Part shown: positions 51,464-60,987 of the stretch, one piece after another
Position numbering within the stretch: the first letter of the stretch is position 1
How the letters are laid out: every line of letters starts with the position of its first letter
Assembly: GCA_963707915.1 (NCBI GenBank)
Contig: OY970178.1
Span: forward strand, 3,456,001-3,520,000
Direction of reading: 5' to 3'
DNA: 64,000 nt
Source of the DNA: Candidatus Eiseniibacteriota bacterium
GTDB taxonomy: Bacteria > Eisenbacteria > RBG-16-71-46
Notes under the pieces: generated by a model
The model's input: only the letters and a program-made list of their open reading frames with translations
The model's database searches: none
Told to the model about the DNA's origin: nothing
Position numbers and translations under genes: made by a program

Positions 51464-52674
51464 GCGGCGCCCGTCTTCCCCGCGGACGCGGCGCACAACT
51501 CGCGCAGCACGGCGCCGAGCCGGGCGATGCCCTCGGTGATGCGCTCCTCCGGCATGTTGGAGAAGTTCAGGCGCAGGGTGTTCTCGTGTCCGCCGTTGGG
51601 GAAGAACGAGCCGCCCGGCACGAACGCCACGTTCCGCTCGAGCGCGCGCGCCAGCGCCTCGCGGGCGCTGACCCCGGTCGGGAGCGTCGCCCAGAGGAAC
51701 AGCCCGCCCCGCGGGCGCGTCCAGGACACCCCGGGCGGGAACTCCGCCTCGATGGCCCGCAGCATGGCGTCGCGCCGTCGCCGGTACAGCGTGCAGATGC
51801 GGCCGATCGCCGCGTCGATGTCGAAGCGTTCCACGTAGGCGAGCAGCTGGTGCTGGCCCAGGGTCGAGGTGTTCAAGTCGAGCCCCTGCTTCGCCAGGAC
51901 GTACTTCTCGTAGATCTCCCGCGGCGCGACCAGCCAGCCGATGCGCATCCCGGGACAGAGGATCTTGGAGAACGTGCCCAGGTAGACGACCGGGACGCCG
52001 CGGGACAGCGCGGCCAGCGTGAGGGGTGTGTCGCCCTCGTAGCAGAGCCGCCCATAGGGGTCGTCCTCGATCACCACCAGGCCGTGGCGCGCGGCCACGT
52101 CGAGCAGCGCCTGCCGCCGCTCGAGGCTCCAGGTGCGCCCGGTCGGGTTCTGGAAACTGGGGATGACGTAGACGAACTTGGCCCGGCGAGCGCCCGCGGC
52201 GCGGCGCTCGAGATCCTCCGGGACCATGCCATCGTCGTCGGTGGCGACGTCCACGAAGCGTGGCTGGTAGGCCCGGAACGCGTTGATGGCGCCGATGTAG
52301 GTGGGGCTCTCGCACAGCACCTCGTCGTCCTCGTCCAGGAACAGCTTGCCGGTGAGATCCAGCCCCTGCTGTGAGCCGGCCGTGACCAGCACCTGGGAGG
52401 CGTCGCAGCCCGCGCCGAGCACGGCGTTCATGCGGTGCGCGATCCACGCGCGCAGCCCCGGGTGTCCCTCGGTCGTCGAATACTGGAGTGCCTGCGCGCC
52501 TTCGCGCTCGAACACCTCGGTCGCGATCGTCTTGAGTTCCTGGATCGGGAACGACTCCGGGGCCGGCAGCCCGCCGGCGAAGGAGATCACCTCGGGCCGC
52601 TGCGTGATCTTGAGCAGCTCCCGGATCTCCGAGGCCTTCATCCCGTCCAGGCGTCGCGCGAAAGGTGCGGTCAC
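51460..52674 (-). CDS. PLP-dependent class I aminotransferase (LysN/2-aminoadipate transaminase-like)
   Basis: ISFAGGLP, GSQQGLDL, FQNPTG, EDDPY, TFSKIL.PGMRIG; GTG start after GAGGAGG. Confidence 0.9.
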   Translation of the reverse strand: MTAPFARRLDGMKASEIRELLKITQRPEVISFAGGLPAPESFPIQELKTIATEVFEREGAQALQYSTTEGHPGLRAWIAHRMNAVLGAGCDASQVLVTAGSQQGLDLTGKLFLDEDDEVLCESPTYIGAINAFRAYQPRFVDVATDDDGMVPEDLERRAAGARRAKFVYVIPSFQNPTGRTWSLERRQALLDVAARHGLVVIEDDPYGRLCYEGDTPLTLAALSRGVPVVYLGTFSKILCPGMRIGWLVAPREIYEKYVLAKQGLDLNTSTLGQHQLLAYVERFDIDAAIGRICTLYRRRRDAMLRAIEAEFPPGVSWTRPRGGLFLWATLPTGVSAREALARALERNVAFVPGGSFFPNGGHENTLRLNFSNMPEERITEGIARLGAVLRELCAASAGKTGAA

Positions 52675-52691
52675 GGCTTCCTCCTCGAGTC

Positions 52692-54200
52692 TCAGACGAT
52701 GGGCCGCGTCGAAGCGGCCTGGATCTCCGGAAGGTCCGGTTGCCCGGTCTCCTGGCGGATCGCTCCGGTCAGGCGTGTGACGCCCTCCCGGATCTGGTCC
52801 TCGTCCGGGTAGGAGAAGTTGAGGCGGATGAACTCGGCCGGCGGCTCGTCCACGAAGCAGGCGCGCCCCGGCAGGTACGAGACCCCGGCCTCGGCGGCGC
52901 GCGCCAGCAGGGCCGCCGTGCGGACCCCGGCGGGCAGCCGGCACCAGAAGTAGAAGCCGCCCTGCGGGCGCTGCCAACCGAGGCCCGGCACCGCGGCCTC
53001 GCGCAGCGCGCGGTCCATCGCGTCGCGGCGCCGCCGGTACGCCTGCTGGACCGCGCGCATGTGATCGCTCATGCGCCCGTCCTGGATGAACCGGTCGAGA
53101 ACCCACTGGCCGAGCGTGTTCGAGTGCAGGTCGGCCGTCTGCCGGGCGAGCGCGAACTGCCGCACCACGGCCCGCGGGGCGACCAGGAAGCCGAGCCGCA
53201 TGCCGGGGAAGAGCAGCTTCGAGAAGGTGGACAGGTAGAGCACGTTGCCGGCCGGGTCCAGCGCCCGCAGCGACGGCACCGGGTCGCCCTCGTAGCGCAA
53301 CTCGGAGTAGGGATCGTCCTCGAGGACCGGCACCTGGTAGCGCCGCGAGAGCGCCAGCAGGTGCAGGCGGCGCTCGATCGGGAGCACCGCGCCGGAGGGA
53401 TTCTGGAAGGTGGGGAGCGTGTAGATGAGCTTCGGCCGGAAGCGCGACAGGACGCTCTCCAGCACGTCCGTGCGCAGCCCGTGTTCGTCGGTGGGCACGC
53501 CGATCAGGCGCGCCCGCGCACCGCGGAAGGTCTGCAGCGCGCCGATGAACGAGGGCTCCTCGACCACCACGGCGTCCCCGGGGTCGAGGAAGATGCGCGC
53601 CGCGAGGTCGAGCCCCTGCTGCGAGCCGGACAGCACCAGCACCTCCTCCGGGGCGCAGTCCACTCCCCGCGCGGCCATCATCCGCGCGAGGGTCGTGCGC
53701 AGCGAGGTGAGGCCCTCGGTGGGGCTGTGGAGCAGGGCGGCCGGGCCGGTGTCGTCCAGCACCCCGTTGATGAGCTCGCGCAGGGTGCCGAAGGGGAGCA
53801 AGTCGGGGGCAGGCATGCCGAAGGACAGCGGGACCGCTCCGGCGCGCTCGGTGAGCCGCAGCAGGTCACCCACCAGCGGATCCTGGAAGCCCGACACGGC
53901 GGTCGCGAAGAGCTGCCGCCAGGGCAGTTCCCGCCCGGCCTCGGGTGGCGCGGGTGTGACCTCGGGAGGGGTGACGGTCGTGCCGCGCCCGACGTGGGCG
54001 TCGATGAGCGCATCGGCGCGCAGTTCCTGGTACGCGATCAGGACGGTGCTGCGGCTGACGCCAAGCGCCTCCGCGAGGCGGCGCTCGGGCGGCAGGCGGA
54101 ATCCGGCCGGGAGCTTGCCGGTCGTGATCAGGTCGCGGACCTGCCGGGCGATCTGGCGGTAGATGGGCTCGCGGCTGCCGCGCTCGATCGTGATCTCCAC
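52692..54200 (-). CDS. MocR/GabR-family transcriptional regulator (GntR HTH + aminotransferase domain)
   Basis: PIYRQI...LPPERRLA..LGVSRSTV..AY.EL, then FQNPSG, EDDPY, TFSK. Confidence 0.92.
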   Translation of the reverse strand: MEITIERGSREPIYRQIARQVRDLITTGKLPAGFRLPPERRLAEALGVSRSTVLIAYQELRADALIDAHVGRGTTVTPPEVTPAPPEAGRELPWRQLFATAVSGFQDPLVGDLLRLTERAGAVPLSFGMPAPDLLPFGTLRELINGVLDDTGPAALLHSPTEGLTSLRTTLARMMAARGVDCAPEEVLVLSGSQQGLDLAARIFLDPGDAVVVEEPSFIGALQTFRGARARLIGVPTDEHGLRTDVLESVLSRFRPKLIYTLPTFQNPSGAVLPIERRLHLLALSRRYQVPVLEDDPYSELRYEGDPVPSLRALDPAGNVLYLSTFSKLLFPGMRLGFLVAPRAVVRQFALARQTADLHSNTLGQWVLDRFIQDGRMSDHMRAVQQAYRRRRDAMDRALREAAVPGLGWQRPQGGFYFWCRLPAGVRTAALLARAAEAGVSYLPGRACFVDEPPAEFIRLNFSYPDEDQIREGVTRLTGAIRQETGQPDLPEIQAASTRPIV

Positions 54201-54508
54201 CTTGCCTCCGCTCGACACGCTGGCTGGATACCTTATGGTACCGACCAATCGGTATCATAGCGCCTCGTCTTGGCCGTTCAAGGTCCAATTGGCCTGCAAT
54301 CAATCAGTCCAATCCAGCATATTGGTAGTGTGCTACGGTCCGGACTGTCATGATGCGCACTCCGTTGACTGCTCGAGGCGGCGTGCGGCCGGTCGGTCTC
54401 ACCTGTCCCGATTCGGCCTCTCGGCGCTCGCCGTCCGCCCGCGCCAGGGGGGGCATCCGCGTCCCGCCCGCACCCTGCAGGAGCGCGCGAAACCCTGCTG
54501 GCGCAGGA

Positions 54509-54537
54509 TTGACAGCGGATTGGGTGGCCGACATAGT
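54509..54537 (+). promoter_or_regulatory. Sigma70 promoter for the DUF3108-like gene
   Basis: TTGACA-N17-CATAGT. Confidence 0.55.
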
Positions 54538-54594
54538 GCGGTGGATGAGAGCGACGCCTCGTTCGGCACCGGACTTGCGTTCCGCTGGGGCGTC

Positions 54595-55458
54595 ATGAAG
54601 CTGCGGTTCAGTCCGTTCCGGCGCCCGTCCACCCCCTCGGCGCCCGCCCTCCTCGGCGCGCTGCTCGCGCTCGTCCTGGCCGGTGCCTCGCCCGCGGGCG
54701 ACTCCACCCTGCCCGTGCCGCAGGACAGCGCCGACATCGCCTCGTCCATCCAGGTGCCGGGCCCCGGGCCGCAGGAGGTCCGGCCGGCGCCGGCCCAGGC
54801 CTTCGGCGAGCACGAGTCCCTCCGCTTCTCCGTGCAGTACGGCTTCATCCACGCCGGCAGCGCCTGGCTGGAGATCCCGGAGGTGCGCCAGTACAAGGGG
54901 CACGAGGTCTACGTGCTGCTGGCGCGCGCCGAGTCGAACGCCTTCTTCAGCCGCTTCTACAAGGTCCGCGAGCGGATCGAGTCGTACTGGGACCGCCGCG
55001 GCCGGTACAGCCGGCGCTACGTCGAGGACCGCCGCGAGGGGAAGTTCCGCGCGCAGACCGACGTCGTCTTCGACCCGGTCCGCAACGAGGCGATCTACTC
55101 CGATGGGAGCACGTTCCCGGTGCCGGCGCGGGTGCAGGACGCCCTCTCGGCGTTCTACTACTTCCGCACCCAGGCGCTGCCGCTCGGCGGCAGCATCGTG
55201 TTCCACTATCATGCGAGCCAGAAGAGCCAGCCGCTGCAGGTCAAGGTGCTGGGGCGCGAGCGCATCAAGACCCCGGCCGGCACGTTCGACTGCATCGGCA
55301 TCGAGCCCATCCTGAAGGCCGGTGGCATCTTCCAGAGCTCCGGCCGGCTCGTGATCTGGGTCACGGATGACGAGCGCCGCATGCCGGTGCTCATGAAGAG
55401 CAAGGTCATCATCGGCTCGATCAGCGTCGTGCTGGTCGAGGCCAGGACGGGGGGCTGA
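54595..55458 (+). CDS. DUF3108-like exported protein
   Basis: Signal peptide; GE.LRF.V.YG.I.AG, D.LSAFY, E.IKTPAGTFD, IWVTDD.RRMPV. Confidence 0.75.
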   Translation: MKLRFSPFRRPSTPSAPALLGALLALVLAGASPAGDSTLPVPQDSADIASSIQVPGPGPQEVRPAPAQAFGEHESLRFSVQYGFIHAGSAWLEIPEVRQYKGHEVYVLLARAESNAFFSRFYKVRERIESYWDRRGRYSRRYVEDRREGKFRAQTDVVFDPVRNEAIYSDGSTFPVPARVQDALSAFYYFRTQALPLGGSIVFHYHASQKSQPLQVKVLGRERIKTPAGTFDCIGIEPILKAGGIFQSSGRLVIWVTDDERRMPVLMKSKVIIGSISVVLVEARTGG

Positions 55459-56406
55459 ATGTCGCGTTACCCGGAAGCGGACCTCGCGCGGCTCGTGGTC
55501 GGGACGTTCGCGCAGCGCGCCACGCGTGTCCGGGTCGAGGACTTCGCGCGCCCGCTCGCGCCCGCGGCGGCGCTGGCGGTGCTGGACTCGCTCCCGGACC
55601 AACTGGCGGCGCGGGCGCTGCGCGAGGTCGTGGATCGGGTCGCCGAGGCGCACCGGAGCGGGCGGCCCGTGGTGGCCATGTGCGGCGGCCACGTGGTGAA
55701 GGTGGGCGTGTCGCCGTGCCTGATCGCGCTGCTCGAGCGCGGCGTGATCACGCACCTGGCCCTCAACGGCGCGGCCGCGCTGCACGACGTCGAGATCGCG
55801 CGCGGGGGGCGCACTTCGGAGGACGTCGAGGCGAACCTGATGACGGGCTCCTTCGGCATGGTGGACGAGACCGGCGACTTCATGAACGCCGCCCTGCGCG
55901 AGGGCGCCCGGCGCGGCGAGGGGCTCGGGGAATGCTGGGGCCGGGCGCTCTGCGAGGAGGCTCCGCCGCACCTGGGAGCGAGCCTGGTGGCGGCGGCGTG
56001 GCGGCTCGGCGTCCCGGCCACGGTCCACGTGGCGGTGGGGACGGACACGATCCACTGCCATCCGGGCTGCGACGGAGCGGCGCTCGGGGAGACCTCGCTG
56101 CGCGATTTCCGCATCTTCGCGGCGACGCTCGCGGAGGCGCGCGGCGCGGCCGTGCTCAACTTCGGCTCGGCGGTGGTGCTGCCCGAAGTCTTCCTGAAGG
56201 CGCTCGCGGTGGCGCGGAACCTGGGCGCCGGCCTGGAGGGCCTGACGACCGCGAACTTCGACCAGGTCCAGCACTACCGGCCGCGGGTGAACGTGGTCGA
56301 GCGCCCGACGCGGGCCGACGGGGCCCGGGGCTATGCCCTTACGGGCCACCACGAGATCATGGTCCCGCTCTTCGCGGGAGCCGTCCTGGCCCGGATCTCC
56401 GGCTGA
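55459..56406 (+). CDS. Conserved hypothetical protein, deoxyhypusine-synthase-like fold
   Basis: GGHVVKVG, NGA..LHD.E, G.FGM..ET, PATVHVAVGTD, GSAVVLPEVFLKA, GHHEIM.P. Confidence 0.6.
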   Translation: MSRYPEADLARLVVGTFAQRATRVRVEDFARPLAPAAALAVLDSLPDQLAARALREVVDRVAEAHRSGRPVVAMCGGHVVKVGVSPCLIALLERGVITHLALNGAAALHDVEIARGGRTSEDVEANLMTGSFGMVDETGDFMNAALREGARRGEGLGECWGRALCEEAPPHLGASLVAAAWRLGVPATVHVAVGTDTIHCHPGCDGAALGETSLRDFRIFAATLAEARGAAVLNFGSAVVLPEVFLKALAVARNLGAGLEGLTTANFDQVQHYRPRVNVVERPTRADGARGYALTGHHEIMVPLFAGAVLARISG

Positions 56407-56470
56407 CCGGAGAGGAGGGGCCGGGCATGGTCCGCGCGTCCCGGCGCCGCGTTTCGGACGGACGGGCCGT

Positions 56471-56500
56471 TTGACAGGACGGACGGCGGCCGCGTACTAT
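56471..56500 (+). promoter_or_regulatory. Sigma70 promoter of the polysaccharide cluster
   Basis: TTGACA-N18-TACTAT. Confidence 0.6.
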
Positions 56501-56739
56501 TCAACTCCCCTTCGCACCGCGACTTGCGGTGCCCGGCCAACTCCACGGCGGAGGTCCGACAAGACGCGTCTTGCTACTGCTTCGGGCGGGGTTGATTAGT
56601 CGTTTCACCCTGCCGATGAATAGTGGACCGGGATTCGTCCCGATCTCTGCGCCTGGCAGGCCACAGGGTTCTTCGCCGACGTTCGCCCCGGCTCATCCGT
56701 GCGCAGGATCGCGGAAGAACCCCCTTCCCTGGAGTGGTC

Positions 56740-57483
56740 GTGAAACGCTTCGCTGCCGTCGCTGTGGTGTTCGCCCTCGCGTTGCCGCCCGGTCCCTCAT
56801 TCGGGGCGGCGACTCCGGCCGACCGTCCTATCGACCAGATCGACTGGGGCGAGACTCCGGAATACCGCATCGTTCCGGGAGACGTGCTGGAGCTGAACTT
56901 CGGTCCGCGCGAGGACCTTCCCACCGACCTCGTCCGCCAGACGGAAGTGCGCCTCGACGGTCGCATCACGGTCTTCCCGATCGGGGATGTCGTGGCCGCG
57001 GGCCGCACGCCGGTCGAGCTGCAGACCGAGTTGATCCGGCTGCTGGCCGGCGAATTCCGGCAGCCGCGCGTCACGGTCGAGCTCATGAAATCGGCCGCGA
57101 ACCGGGTGCACGTGCTGGGGCGGGTGAAGAAGCCGGGCTCGCAGGTGGTCCAGTCGCTCCCGACCCTGCTGCAGGTGATCGCCGAGGCCGGGGGATTCGA
57201 GGATGACGCGGCCCGCAACAGCGTGATCATCATGCACCGGGTCGGCCTGAGCTCCGTGAGCGTCAGCCGCATCCGCGCGGACCGGCTCCTGCGGGGCGGC
57301 GGTGACGTTCCGCTCTCCCGCTTCGACATCGTCTACGTTCCGCGCTCGAGCATCGGCAACGTGGACGTCTTCGTCGACCAGTTCTTCGCGCGCACCATTC
57401 CGGTCGGATCCGCCGCCTTCCTCGGCTGGGAACTCTTCAATCTGGACAAGGTCTTCGGCGCGGTCCGAGTGACCACCCGCTAG
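56740..57483 (+). CDS. Polysaccharide export (Wza/OPX-family) protein, short Poly_export + SLBB type
   Basis: EYRIVPGDVL, VRLDGRI..F.IG.V.AAGRT, VLGRVKKPG, IAEAGG, DIVYVP. Confidence 0.88.
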   Translation: MKRFAAVAVVFALALPPGPSFGAATPADRPIDQIDWGETPEYRIVPGDVLELNFGPREDLPTDLVRQTEVRLDGRITVFPIGDVVAAGRTPVELQTELIRLLAGEFRQPRVTVELMKSAANRVHVLGRVKKPGSQVVQSLPTLLQVIAEAGGFEDDAARNSVIIMHRVGLSSVSVSRIRADRLLRGGGDVPLSRFDIVYVPRSSIGNVDVFVDQFFARTIPVGSAAFLGWELFNLDKVFGAVRVTTR

Positions 57484-57495
57484 GGAGAAGTTCGC

Positions 57496-58899
57496 ATGAC
57501 GCCCGATCTCGTCCCGGCTCCCTCCAGTTCCCAGCGCGCCACCGCCCGCGAGTTCTTCGCGGTGGTGTTCCGCCGCCGCTGGATCATCCTCGGACTGTTC
57601 GCGGCGACCCTGGGCACCGTGCTGGTCGTGACTCTGGGAACGCCCCGGACCTTCATCTCGTCCGGACAGGTGCTGGTGCGGCGGGGGGAGCAGCAGAGCG
57701 TGATGAATCCCGTCCGCCAGGTCGCGAACGAATGGGAGATCGAGCTGGGCAATGAGATCCAGACCGCGAGAAGCTGGCCGGTGCTGCAGCGCGCCCAGAA
57801 GATCCTGGACGAGGAGCGGCGCGGCCAGCCTGCCATGGTGCTGGACGAACACCAGGTGGGTGTGGCCGTGACCGGCAAGAGCAACGTGTTGATCATCGAC
57901 TACAGCGACCGTGACCCGCGAGTGGCCGAACGGATCTGTGACGCGCTCCTCCGTGCCTATATCGAATACCGCCAGAGCGCCCAGCTCAGCTACCCGCGGC
58001 GCTTCTTCGATCGCGAGATCAAGCAGGCTGCCGGGGAGCTGCAGCGCTGGACCGAGCTTCGCCGCGAATTCGCCAACCAGACCGGGATGGTGGATCTGCC
58101 CGGACAGCGGCAGTCGCTGATCTACGTGCGCGGTGGGCTGGAAGGGAACCGGACCATCGCCGCGGGGGAACTGGCCGAGGCGACGTCGCAGTACCGCCTC
58201 ATGGGCGAGCTCAAGAACAATCCTGACATCGACCAGCCGAACCTGCTGCAACCCAACATGCTCGACGCCACGATCGGCCAGGTCAAGACGCAGGTCGTCG
58301 AACAGCAGGGCCGCATCGCCCGGCTGCTCGAGCTCTACCGGAGCGATTCGCCCGAGGTGGTGAACGCCCAGGTCACCCTCGACACGCTGCGCGGGATCCT
58401 GCAGCGGGAGGCGCAGGCGCGCTACGTCATCGCGCGCGCGCGCATGCAGGTGGCACGCGCGAAGCTGGATGCGTTCGACCGTGACATCGCGGCGATCGAC
58501 GCCAAACTGGCCCAGATGCCGGACCTCGAAGCCCGGGTGGGCGAGATGGACAACCAGATCGCCACCTGGAAGCAGCGTCATACCGACCTCGCGAGGAGCA
58601 GCGACCAGGCCCGCGTCAACGAGAACACGGTCCCGCTGATCTCGGTCTTCATGCTGAACCCGGCCAGCCCCGCACGTCCGCAGAATACCCAGGACTACGT
58701 GCGGCTCGGGCTCGCTCCGGCCTTCAGCCTGGTCGTGGGCATCGGTCTGGCGTTCTTCATCGATGGTCTCGATCTCACGATCCGCACCTCTCCCCAGGCG
58801 GAGGAGGAAGTCCGGCTGCCGGTGCTTGCTGCCATCCGGGAGCGGAAACGGGGCGGCTGGCGTCCCCGTCCCCGCGAAGCGGACGAGAAGGTCGCATGA
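57496..58899 (+). CDS. Polysaccharide co-polymerase (Wzz/GumC-like membrane module)
   Basis: FRRRWII + TM1, coiled-coil periplasmic region, TM2 followed by D.TIR..E..V.LPVLA.I. Confidence 0.85.
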   Translation: MTPDLVPAPSSSQRATAREFFAVVFRRRWIILGLFAATLGTVLVVTLGTPRTFISSGQVLVRRGEQQSVMNPVRQVANEWEIELGNEIQTARSWPVLQRAQKILDEERRGQPAMVLDEHQVGVAVTGKSNVLIIDYSDRDPRVAERICDALLRAYIEYRQSAQLSYPRRFFDREIKQAAGELQRWTELRREFANQTGMVDLPGQRQSLIYVRGGLEGNRTIAAGELAEATSQYRLMGELKNNPDIDQPNLLQPNMLDATIGQVKTQVVEQQGRIARLLELYRSDSPEVVNAQVTLDTLRGILQREAQARYVIARARMQVARAKLDAFDRDIAAIDAKLAQMPDLEARVGEMDNQIATWKQRHTDLARSSDQARVNENTVPLISVFMLNPASPARPQNTQDYVRLGLAPAFSLVVGIGLAFFIDGLDLTIRTSPQAEEEVRLPVLAAIRERKRGGWRPRPREADEKVA

Positions 58900-59759
58900 C
58901 CCGCCTCTTCGAAGCCTTGAGCAAGGCCCGGTCGGACCGTCCGGCCCGTGATCCCGTCGCGCTGCCGGGGCACCCCGCGCCCGCCGTCGCGCCGCCGCCG
59001 CATCTCGCGATCGCAGCCTCCCCACCGGTGCGACCAGCCACCGCCTCCGCCCCGCCGGCCCCGATGAAGGCGGTCCCCGCGTCGGCGGAGTGGTCTACGG
59101 CGTCCACCGACGGAGCCCGCCGGATCGTGGCTCTCGACGGGCTGGCGGGACTTCCGGCCGACGTCGAGCGCGAGATGACCGGCCTGCGGATCAGCCTCGA
59201 GGCGATGCTCACGCGGCGCATCCCGCGCACCCTGATGTTCATCGCCTCGCAGGGTGGCGAGGGCACCTCCACGGTGGCCGCGCAGTTCGCCCAGTCGCTG
59301 GCGGGCGACGAGCGCCTGCGGGTCCTGCTGGTGGACGCGCACGTCCGGCGTCCCGCCTACGAGCCCGACGGATCGCCAGCGGCGGCTCACGCGGTGCGCG
59401 TCACTCGGCGCCGACCCGCACGGTCCGAAGTACCGGGCCCGGATCTGATGCCGCTCTCCACGGAGTCGCGCGAGCTGTATACGCTCACTCCGGATTCCCT
59501 GCGCGTGTCGCTCGACGCGATCGCCAGTGGCTACGACTGGATCGTGATCGACGGCCCCCCGGTCCTGGAGTCGCCCGACGCGGCCACGCTCGGGGCGGTG
59601 GCCGACGGGGTGGTCGTCGTGGTACAGGCGGGGCGCACCAAGCGGCCCGTCCTCACGCGTTCCGTGGACCTGATGAACCGGGCCGGCGGACACGTGCTGG
59701 GGATCGTGCTCAATCGCCGTCGGCTGGAGATCCCGGAATTCATCTACCGGCGGATCTGA
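58896..59759 (+). CDS. CpsD/CapB-family BY-kinase homologue with degenerate Walker A
   Basis: MTRLFEALSKA start; GEGTST, LLVDAH, IVIDGPPV, GIVLN. Confidence 0.85.
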   Translation: MTRLFEALSKARSDRPARDPVALPGHPAPAVAPPPHLAIAASPPVRPATASAPPAPMKAVPASAEWSTASTDGARRIVALDGLAGLPADVEREMTGLRISLEAMLTRRIPRTLMFIASQGGEGTSTVAAQFAQSLAGDERLRVLLVDAHVRRPAYEPDGSPAAAHAVRVTRRRPARSEVPGPDLMPLSTESRELYTLTPDSLRVSLDAIASGYDWIVIDGPPVLESPDAATLGAVADGVVVVVQAGRTKRPVLTRSVDLMNRAGGHVLGIVLNRRRLEIPEFIYRRI

Positions 59760-59775
59760 TCCGCCAGCCACCCCG

Positions 59776-60987
59776 GTGAGCGACCCCCGACTCGTGCCCG
59801 AGGAACCTGTGCCGGCCGCAACTCCATCCCCAGGCGCTCGTGTGTCGGACCGACTGCCGCAGCCGCTCGCGCTCGCGAGTGTGTGGGCGGGAGACGCCCT
59901 TGCGCTCATCGTGGGTGGGAGCCACGCCTCCGGATCGGGGGTGTGGGCCACGCTCGGGGGCCGCGAGGTCTGCCTCTCGGACCTGGATGTCTATGCCGTG
60001 GTCCGGGACCGTGCCGCCCAGCGGGCAGCGGAGATCCGTGCCCGTGCCGACCGCCCCGGGCTGCGCGCGCGGTTGCTGGACTGGGGGCTCGCGGCGCCGC
60101 TCGAGGTGGCCTTCCTCGTTCCCGCGGATCTCATGCGCCTGCCGGCGCGTCCCGCCACTCTCGAGTTGGCGCGCCACGGGCTCGTCATCGCCGGTGATCC
60201 GGTCTGGCGCGACCGCGTCCCGCGCTGGGAGCCGGGGGACGTGAGCCGCGAGGAGGTCCGGCTGCTGCACGAGAACCGCGCCTTCGAACTGTTGCTCGCC
60301 TGGCCGTCGCTGGCGGCCGCGGTTCCGCTGGCGCGGCTGCAGGCGCGCCACGCCGTGCTCAAGTGCGCGCTCGACGTGGTCCGCGTCGAAGCGCTCGGCC
60401 GCGGCGAATACCCGGAAGGCCCCGCCGCGCTCGCGGAGTGGGCCGCCCGGTCCGGGGGGGCCGCGCTGGGCGGGACCCGGCGAACCGCGTTCCCCGGGGT
60501 GCTCGAGGCGGCAGTCGCCTGGCGCGCGGGCCGGGTGACGGAGCTCGATGCCGTCGCGGCGCGCGAGGAGTGGCGCACGGTGGTCGCGGCCTGGGTCGCG
60601 ACCTGGCAGTGGCAGGCGGGGGCCGGGTACGACGCTGCCGTCCGCGGTGCCCGGCGCGCCCGGCTGCGCCGCCGGCTGCGCCGGGCGCTCTCGTGGCCTT
60701 CCCGCAGTGGCCACGGGCCGTCCCTCGCCGGGCGCCTGCGCCACGCGCTGCGCGGGACTCCGCAGCACCGGGTGAACGCCTCGGCGGCGGTCCTGCTCGT
60801 GGCGGCGGGGGAAGAGGATTGGAGCGGGACGTCACCGCCGCTGCCCGCACCTGCGAAGCGTTCCCTCGCGACGCTCGGCGTGGCGCCGACGGTGGCGCGG
60901 ACGGACTGGGCTGCCGCCGCGCGTGCCGTGGTCGGCGCGTGGGACCGCTGGGTGCTCGACGGCCAGCGCACCGCGGAGTCCGTGTGA
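59776..60987 (+). CDS. Hypothetical protein with a Pol-beta-like nucleotidyltransferase motif
   Basis: LIVGGSHASGSG...LSDLDV (hG[GS]...DxD) motif. Confidence 0.6.
   Translation: MSDPRLVPEEPVPAATPSPGARVSDRLPQPLALASVWAGDALALIVGGSHASGSGVWATLGGREVCLSDLDVYAVVRDRAAQRAAEIRARADRPGLRARLLDWGLAAPLEVAFLVPADLMRLPARPATLELARHGLVIAGDPVWRDRVPRWEPGDVSREEVRLLHENRAFELLLAWPSLAAAVPLARLQARHAVLKCALDVVRVEALGRGEYPEGPAALAEWAARSGGAALGGTRRTAFPGVLEAAVAWRAGRVTELDAVAAREEWRTVVAAWVATWQWQAGAGYDAAVRGARRARLRRRLRRALSWPSRSGHGPSLAGRLRHALRGTPQHRVNASAAVLLVAAGEEDWSGTSPPLPAPAKRSLATLGVAPTVARTDWAAAARAVVGAWDRWVLDGQRTAESV

Noticed and set aside
54350..54500. Possible riboswitch between the MocR and DUF3108-like genes
   Set aside because: No recognisable aptamer consensus; the region lies upstream of the predicted promoter.
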